A stretch of DNA of 64,000 bases from Mantamonas sphyraenae STR306 (taxonomy: Eukaryota; Protista; CRuMs). Under the pieces are notes generated by a model. The model ran no database searches. It had not been told where the DNA came from and saw only the letters and a list, made by a program, of their open reading frames with translations. The stretch covers positions 239,351 through 303,350 of the forward strand of contig JAPMXV010000070.1 in the NCBI GenBank assembly GCA_026936335.1. Reading direction: 5' to 3'. Positions within the stretch are counted from its first letter, which is position 1; the number at the start of each line of letters is the position of its first letter. This document shows positions 59,775 through 64,000 of this stretch, piece after piece. Both the position numbers and the translations under genes were made by a program.

Positions 59775-60014
59775 AGCAGTCGTGTTGTCGAGTGACGTGG
59801 TGGCAATGGGTTCATAGTGCTTGTTTTGCGACTTGCATGCCGACATGCTGCGGGCGCGGGTTTGTGGGGAGCGAATGCCGGGTCGGGTGTGTTGGGTTTC
59901 GGTTTGCAAGGGAGCGGGTGCGTGAGGAAAGTGAATGGAAGGGCCATTTTGCCGACTAGGGATGGTTGGGGAGTTGGTGAGGAGGGGAGGAGTGGTTGAG
60001 TGGGGAGAAATGGT

Positions 60015-63000
60015 TCATTCGAGGCGTTGGCGTTTGGAGGAGGAGGAGGAAGAGGAGGAGGAAGGGTCTTTGCGCTTGGGCAGGGTGAAGGAGGAGATGG
60101 GGTAGGCGTTGACGAGAGCGGGAGTGGTGGGACGGGTCATAATGTGGGGGTTGATGCGGTCGATGAGGGTGTGGAGGAGGGTGTGCAGTGTGGCGTCGCT
60201 GGGTTGGGGGTTGTCGAGCCAGGTGATCTTGAGGGAGAGGGAGGTGACACCGCGGGTGAGGGTGTGGCTGATGGCACCTTGCACCTGCAGGCTGGTGAGG
60301 CGTGGTCTGAGGAGACGGACAAAGAAGGCCAGGTCGACAGGCGGCACGCCAACGTTGCCCAGCGCCAGGATGATGTGACGCACCAGGGACTTCAGGCTGC
60401 CGTTGTTGATCAGCTCACGCAGTGCCTGGTGCTCGTGTGTGTGCTGATGGCGAGGGTGCTTGGCTGCGCGTGCCTTCATGTGTGCCAGCAGCGTCTGGAA
60501 CTCCCGCGCCGTGCAGCTGCCACGCTCGCTGTTGTTGGCTTTGCACCAGCCACTGCGCACGGACTCGGGATGCCACTGTTCCACGTTGGTTGTGGTGAGG
60601 TGGTGGTCGTAGTCGCATTGTGTCCAATGTGGGTCGCTGTCGTTGTCAGCAGGGCGTCGTGCTTCCTGCAGCGACAGCTGGGTCTGCTTGTGCTCCTTCC
60701 AGGTGGTGGGATGGGGCTTGTCGCCGAAAGTGTCCATCTCTGCCATGAGCAGGTGGAGGAGGGCGTAGTTGGGCTCGCCGTGGTCGTGTGGCTCCTCCAG
60801 CCAGCACACCTTCAACCCAGCCTCTGTCACACCCATGGCCAGACCAGCGTCATTGATGCCACTGCTGCACGCATTCTGATCCATGTCACGGCCGAGAAGG
60901 GTGAGGCAGAAGGCCATGTCGCCCTGGGAGAGGGGAATGTTGCCCAGAGCGAGCTGAATCTGTCGAACCAGTGTCAACAGAGTGCCATGGCAGACCACAA
61001 CACGCGCCTGCAGGGTCACAAGGTCTGGAATATCGTCAATGGGATGCTCGTTGGCCAGGGTGTGCATGTGGTTCAGCAGTGCCGTGTGCTCCTTCTTGTT
61101 GCTGTGCATGCGCTCGCTCTTTCGCCAGCTTGTCCAACCACTGCGCACAACGCCATCTGGCAGTCCATCCTCCATGGCCATCTTCTCCTCCTCTGTGGGC
61201 TCGGGCAGAACAAGCTCGGTGATGCGGAGGGCGTTGACGGCGTCCGTAGTGGTGGGGCGTGTGGTGATGTGGGGTGTGATGCGGTCGATGAGGGTGTGGA
61301 GGAGGGTGTGCAGTGTGGCGTCGCTGGGTTGGGGGTTGTCGAGCCAGGCGATCTTGAGGGAGAGGGAGGTGACGCCGCGGGTGAGGGTGTGGTTGATGGC
61401 AGGTGCGACCTGCTTGTAGGTGAGTTGTGGCCTGAAGAGGCGGACAAAGAAGGCCAGATCGACAGGCGGCACGCCAACGTTGCCCAGCGCAAGGATGATG
61501 TGTCGCAAAAGGGACATCAGGCTGCCGTTGTTGATCAGCTCACGCAGTGCCTGGTGTTCGTGTGTGTGCTGATGACGAGGGTGCTTGGCTGCGCGTGCCT
61601 TCATGTGTCCCAGCAGCGTCTGGAACTCCCGTGCAGTGCAGCTGCCACGCTCGTCGTGGTTGGCTTTGTTCCAGCCACTGCGCACAGACTCGGGATGCCA
61701 CTTGTCCACCTTGGTGGTGGTGAGGTGGTGGTCGTAGTCGCATTGTGTCCAGTGTGGGTCGCTGTCGTTGTCAGCGGGGCGTCGTGCTTTCTGCAGCCAC
61801 AGCTGGGTCTCCTGGTGCTCCTTCCAGGTGATGGGATGGGGTCTGTCGTCGAGAGTGTCCATCTCTGTCATGAGCAGGTGGAGGAGGGCGTAGTTGGGGT
61901 CACCGTGGTTGTGTGACTCCTCCAGCCAGCACACCTTCAACCCAGTCTTTGTCACACCCATGGCCAGACCAGCGTCGTGGATGGCGAATCTGCACACCTG
62001 TTGATCCATATCACGGCCGAGGAGGGTGAGGCAGAGTGCCATGTCGCCCTGGGAGCGGGGAATGTTGCCCAGAGCGAGCTGAGTCTGTCGGACGAGCGTC
62101 AACAGAGTGCCATGGCAGACCACAACACGCGCCTGCAGGGTCATGATGTCGGGGATGTTGTCGATGGGATGCTCGTTGGCCAGGGTGTGCATGTGGTTCA
62201 GCAGAGCCGTGTGCTCCTTCTTGTTGCTGTGCATGCGCTCGCTCTTTCGCCAGTTCATCGACCACCCTATGCGCACAACCCCATCTGGCAACTTGTTCGT
62301 CTTGTCCACGCCTGCTTTCTTCCGTGCGCTGGTGTCTCCGTTCTTGGCCCTCCTTGCCCGTGTGCTCGACGTTCCTGTTTCTGTGCCACTGCAAGCCGTG
62401 ACCCTGAGCCTGCGCTGTCCGCTGCCTTTCATCTTTTGTGGAGCACTTCTCCGGCTGTTTTGGCTTCTGCGTCGTCGTGTGCGGCCTCTGCTTGTGAGTC
62501 TCGGCTGCAATTCGTCCGTGTCCTCCTGTTCCATGACGTCTGTGCCGTCGTCGCTGTCGTCTTGCGGCATGTACTCCTCATCCATGGCATCTCCAGTGTC
62601 TGCAAAGCTGAGTGGGCCCTGAGCTTCCACCTCGTCGTCCACGTGCTGCTGGGATGCGCCGTTTGCCTCGCCGTCTTCTTCGTACGCCTCCATCCATGAG
62701 CTGGGCATCCACTCTGAGTTGCTGGTGATTGGCCGTGGTTCACGGTGGCCAAAGTTCAGGGACATCAGATCCTCCACGTCGCCGGTGTCATGGGTGTGTG
62801 TGTCCTGGTCTGTGTCGTCGTCGTCGCTGTCTCCAGTCTGCCGTGTGGCCTGGTGGGTGGAGGACGACGATGTGGTGGTGGATGTGGTCCGTGTGATTCC
62901 AACAAAGGCAGGGCTGATGCGCTTTGGGACGCGGTTGTGGTTTACGGTGGGTTGAGCAGGCGGAGGGTACGACGGAGGCTGAGCGAAGTGCATCTGGGCG

Positions 63001-63197
63001 GTTTGTCGCTGCTGAGGAGGCGGCGGAGGAGGGTAGGCGTAGTATGGATGGCCCTGATGAGCATATGCGTGGTGCTGCTGGGGATGGGTGTTGACGGGAA
63101 CCCAGATGATGGGTGGTTGTGGGTGCTGGTACGGGTTTTGTACGCCTTGGACGGGCAGCATGTTCGGAAACGGCTGGGCAGCCATGGGAGGGACCAT
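60015..63197 (-). CDS. Telomere-adjacent hypothetical protein: P/Q-rich N-terminus, two ~375-aa tandem repeats, C-terminal NLS-like KRQRLE
   Basis: Long intact ORF; WRKSERMHSNKKEHTALL block recurs at ~62250 and ~61125. Start codon uncertain. Confidence 0.7.
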   Translation of the reverse strand: MVPPMAAQPFPNMLPVQGVQNPYQHPQPPIIWVPVNTHPQQHHAYAHQGHPYYAYPPPPPPQQRQTAQMHFAQPPSYPPPAQPTVNHNRVPKRISPAFVGITRTTSTTTSSSSTHQATRQTGDSDDDDTDQDTHTHDTGDVEDLMSLNFGHREPRPITSNSEWMPSSWMEAYEEDGEANGASQQHVDDEVEAQGPLSFADTGDAMDEEYMPQDDSDDGTDVMEQEDTDELQPRLTSRGRTRRRRSQNSRRSAPQKMKGSGQRRLRVTACSGTETGTSSTRARRAKNGDTSARKKAGVDKTNKLPDGVVRIGWSMNWRKSERMHSNKKEHTALLNHMHTLANEHPIDNIPDIMTLQARVVVCHGTLLTLVRQTQLALGNIPRSQGDMALCLTLLGRDMDQQVCRFAIHDAGLAMGVTKTGLKVCWLEESHNHGDPNYALLHLLMTEMDTLDDRPHPITWKEHQETQLWLQKARRPADNDSDPHWTQCDYDHHLTTTKVDKWHPESVRSGWNKANHDERGSCTAREFQTLLGHMKARAAKHPRHQHTHEHQALRELINNGSLMSLLRHIILALGNVGVPPVDLAFFVRLFRPQLTYKQVAPAINHTLTRGVTSLSLKIAWLDNPQPSDATLHTLLHTLIDRITPHITTRPTTTDAVNALRITELVLPEPTEEEKMAMEDGLPDGVVRSGWTSWRKSERMHSNKKEHTALLNHMHTLANEHPIDDIPDLVTLQARVVVCHGTLLTLVRQIQLALGNIPLSQGDMAFCLTLLGRDMDQNACSSGINDAGLAMGVTEAGLKVCWLEEPHDHGEPNYALLHLLMAEMDTFGDKPHPTTWKEHKQTQLSLQEARRPADNDSDPHWTQCDYDHHLTTTNVEQWHPESVRSGWCKANNSERGSCTAREFQTLLAHMKARAAKHPRHQHTHEHQALRELINNGSLKSLVRHIILALGNVGVPPVDLAFFVRLLRPRLTSLQVQGAISHTLTRGVTSLSLKITWLDNPQPSDATLHTLLHTLIDRINPHIMTRPTTPALVNAYPISSFTLPKRKDPSSSSSSSSSKRQRLE

Positions 63198-63860
63198 GTA
63201 CCCGTAGCTGTGGGGAAGACGGGGTGGGGCAAGGCGGGGTGGGAACGGTGAGCGTAAGGCGGAATGGACGCCGTCAGGGCAAAAGCGGGGGTGAAGGGAG
63301 GCTGGAACGAGCAAAGAGGGGAAAACGAAGGAGATTGGCAGACGGGGAAACTGGCAGCGGGGAGGGCAGTGACAGGGGAGAGGGGGTCGGAGAAGAGCGG
63401 AGGAGGCAGCAGCGGTGGTGATGGGGAAGTGGAGATGCAGGGGAGGAGTGCAGGGAAGCGACGGAGGCATGGAGGAGGCGAAGAAGCTGGAGAAGCGGGC
63501 AGTCAGAAAACGGAATGGAAGGCAGAACGCACGCTGGGTAGGTGTTGGGTGTGTGTTGTTGCTTCGGAGTGCTCGAGTAGTCTTTGTCCATGGTGGTGGC
63601 GGTGGTACAGGAGTGTATGTGGATTGTGTTGGACTGGTGGAGGGTGTTGTGGGTGTTGGTAATACTTTGGTTGAAGGCGGATGGGCAGTGCTGACTGCGC
63701 GGCGTTGCAGGACGACGGCCACTCACCAGCGACATTTCCACTCCCACCCATTGCCCACTGCCCCATGTCACCACCCAACTCAGCCACCCCTCCAGCGGGC
63801 AAAAGCACAACTCACATGACATAGACCGGACGCGACATATCAACGATACATCATCACAGG

Positions 63861-64000
63861 GCTAGGGTTAGGGTTAGGATCAGGGGTTAGGGTTAGGGTT
63901 AGGGTTAGGGTTAGGGTTAGGGTTAGGGTTAGGGTTAGGGTTAGGGTTAGGGTTAGGGTTAGGGTTAGGGTTAGGGTTAGGGTTAGGGGTTAGGGTTAGG
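63861..64000 (+). repeat. Telomere (TTAGGG)n
   Basis: Tandem TTAGGG to the window end, with degenerate units at the junction. Confidence 0.99.

Noticed and set aside
60000-61916. 638-aa + strand ORF
   Set aside because: Antisense shadow of the duplicated minus-strand ORF.

Overview
Right-hand end of a compact, GC-rich eukaryotic (protist-like) nuclear chromosome, ending in a (TTAGGG)n telomere at about 63861-64000. It carries about 23 protein genes with short GT-AG introns (branch point CTGAC) and intergenic gaps often under 100 bp. These include a giant SPRY/FG-repeat protein running off the left edge, RtcB, two multi-saposin paralogs, three ankyrin proteins, CNNM, a pyrimidine-dimer-glycosylase-like gene, an AMBRA1-like WD40, SH3, RCC1-repeat, PhnP-like MBL, a GNAT-TTL-TTL fusion, CYTH, RNase T2, a tandem array of three mosaic LRR genes, an EGF/multi-TM protein, a broken HECT fragment and an internally duplicated telomere-adjacent ORF. 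The strongest unexplained signals are non-coding. (1) A circularly permuted tRNA-Pro(AGG): the 3' part (44930-44981) lies upstream of the 5' part (45031-45050), with a complementary leader and trailer. (2) A four-copy array of a structured, covarying ~145-nt RNA ending in oligo-T (39255-40275). (3) An upstream motif TGGTCGCA shared by all three tRNA genes and the four array units. On the protein side, an ankyrin protein and the three LRR proteins share a C-terminal F-box-like module. Several single-base frameshifts are most likely assembly errors. All calls are from reading the sequence by eye; no database searches were run.
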